This document shows positions 40,566-41,871 of a stretch of 41,871 nucleotides of DNA, piece by piece. The stretch is from Minisyncoccota bacterium (lineage in GTDB: Bacteria; Patescibacteriota; Minisyncoccia; Phycocordibacterales; UBA6899). A model generated the notes under the pieces. That model did no database searches and was not told the DNA's origin. It was given only the letters and a program-made list of their open reading frames with translations. Position numbers and translations under genes: made by a program. Within the stretch, counting starts at the first letter, position 1, and each line of letters opens with the position of its first letter. The stretch is taken from positions 50,832 through 92,702 of the forward strand of contig DALYED010000001.1 of NCBI GenBank assembly GCA_031972735.1, given 5' to 3'.

Positions 40566-41871
40566 ATGAATACTTTCTTGAAGTCTCCTAAAGAGGTGGC
40601 AGTAATAGTCTTACTCGGTACCTCGTTGTTTGTTTCTGGTTTTTATCTTGGGGGAAAAGGGAGTCCAGCAATAAATGATGTTGTGGGATTAGTGAATACT
40701 AGTCTCCCTACTGCTACACCAACTTCGCCATCAGAGCTCGAAACATGTATTGATGCAAAGGGTGTAGAGGTGACGTGTGTACTCAATAGAGACGGGGTGG
40801 CGTCAAAGAGTGCCGATGCTGCTGATTTCAATCAGTTTTGGAAGGCGTGGAATATTATCAATGAGAAATATGTTCCCACAAAGCACAAAGCAGTTTCCAA
40901 TCAAGAAAAAGTATGGGGCGCCATCGGTGGTCTTGCAAACTCACTCGGTGATCCATATACCTATTTCATGCCTCCGCAAGAAAAGTCGCTATTTGAGCAA
41001 GATGTAAAAGGGACATTCGGTGGTGTGGGTATGCAAATTGGAGTAAAAGACGGTTTACTCACGGTGATTGCACCTTTAAAGGGGTCTCCTTCGGAACGCG
41101 CAGGAATTAAAAAAGGTGACAAAATATACCGAATTGATAGTGCGACCACCACAAATATGGATGTTGATAAAGCACTTTATTTGATTCGTGGTGAAGTAGG
41201 TAAGTCAGTCCACCTCACACTTATTCGCGAAGGTGCTAAGGCACCGATTGAAGTCTCTGTTGTTAGAGAGGTGATCCAAGTTCCCACCATTGATACTGAG
41301 AAAAAGGGTGATGTGTTTATCATTCGACTCTACGGATTTCCTGCAACAGGAGCGGATCTCTTCAGGACGGCACTCCGCGAATTTGTACAGTCGGGAAGCA
41401 ATAAGCTCGTACTCGATCTTCGTGGCAATCCAGGAGGATATCTTGAAGTTGCGGTTGATATGGCAAGCTGGTTCTTGCCTGAAGGAAGTATTGTTGTCTC
41501 TGAAGAAGAAAAGACAGGTACTGGAGCAATCTACCGCTCAAAAGGCTACAATGTTTTTGGCGACAAATTCCACTTCGTGATTTTGATTGACGGTGGCTCT
41601 GCCTCAGCAGCCGAAATACTCGCAGGAGCACTTTCTCAACATGATGTTGCGACACTCGTTGGAGCAAAATCATTCGGCAAAGGTTCAGTACAAGAACTTA
41701 TACCTATCACTCCTGATACATCGCTTAAGGTGACGATTGCACGCTGGATTACACCAAATGGCACCAATCTTTCTGCTGGAGGTCTTGATCCTGATGTAAA
41801 AGTTGATTTCACAAAAGAAGATGCCGAAGCAGGTCGTGATCCTCAACTCGACAAGGCTATTGAAATTCTTC
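40566..41871 (+). CDS. ctp: Carboxy-terminal processing peptidase (S41, Ctp/Prc-like), 3'-partial
   Basis: Not in the ORF track because no stop is reached before the window end. N-terminal TM helix, PDZ domain (GVGMQIG...GSPSERAGIKKGDKI), LDLRGNPGG, catalytic GGSASAAEI and SFGKGSVQ. Confidence 0.9.
   Translation, partial: MNTFLKSPKEVAVIVLLGTSLFVSGFYLGGKGSPAINDVVGLVNTSLPTATPTSPSELETCIDAKGVEVTCVLNRDGVASKSADAADFNQFWKAWNIINEKYVPTKHKAVSNQEKVWGAIGGLANSLGDPYTYFMPPQEKSLFEQDVKGTFGGVGMQIGVKDGLLTVIAPLKGSPSERAGIKKGDKIYRIDSATTTNMDVDKALYLIRGEVGKSVHLTLIREGAKAPIEVSVVREVIQVPTIDTEKKGDVFIIRLYGFPATGADLFRTALREFVQSGSNKLVLDLRGNPGGYLEVAVDMASWFLPEGSIVVSEEEKTGTGAIYRSKGYNVFGDKFHFVILIDGGSASAAEILAGALSQHDVATLVGAKSFGKGSVQELIPITPDTSLKVTIARWITPNGTNLSAGGLDPDVKVDFTKEDAEAGRDPQLDKAIEIL

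Noticed and set aside
1-41871. CRISPR arrays, IS elements or transposases, integrases, prophage genes, restriction-modification systems and known defence systems.
   Set aside because: I saw no regularly spaced direct repeats. No ORF carries transposase, integrase, nuclease or methylase hallmarks. The only repeat family is the tRNA-Glu-derived set already reported.

Overview
The 41.9-kb window is a compact, gene-dense bacterial segment in the standard genetic code. I call 44 CDS and one tRNA. The gene set suggests a reduced Patescibacteria/CPR-like genome, but that is inference only: a short HolB-like clamp-loader subunit, a bacterial-type ProRS without the INS editing domain, a MurF without its N-terminal domain, and a pilin-head-like module. 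Most of the content is housekeeping. There are two MreB paralogs, the second followed by mreC, a mini-MreD candidate and mrdA. A truncated dcw cluster (mraZ-rsmH-ftsL-like-ftsI-murF) is also present. Other housekeeping genes are frr, rseP, proS, greA, lysS, cysS, rplU, recR, dnaB, corA, rmuC and a 3'-partial ctp. A marR-MFP-RND efflux operon and a stand-alone GGDEF cyclase are present too. Positions 20.2-27.5 kb look more accessory, with small hypothetical genes next to a tRNA-Glu. I found no single obvious multi-gene novel system. The most unusual items are: (1) about 870 bp of non-coding DNA around tRNA-Glu(CUC), packed with partial copies of the tRNA's own 5' and 3' ends, a 134-nt rod-like palindrome and a compact three-way-junction fold; (2) a phased GTGGG direct-repeat array upstream of mraZ; (3) -10-like hexamers 6-11 nt upstream of ATG at 13 genes that lack a Shine-Dalgarno sequence, suggesting leaderless expression; (4) a structured 119-nt element between mreB-2 and mreC; (5) motif-level oddities, namely CorA with SMN instead of GMN and an HD-like protein with substituted metal ligands. 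Every function is assigned from motifs read in the translations. No database search was run.
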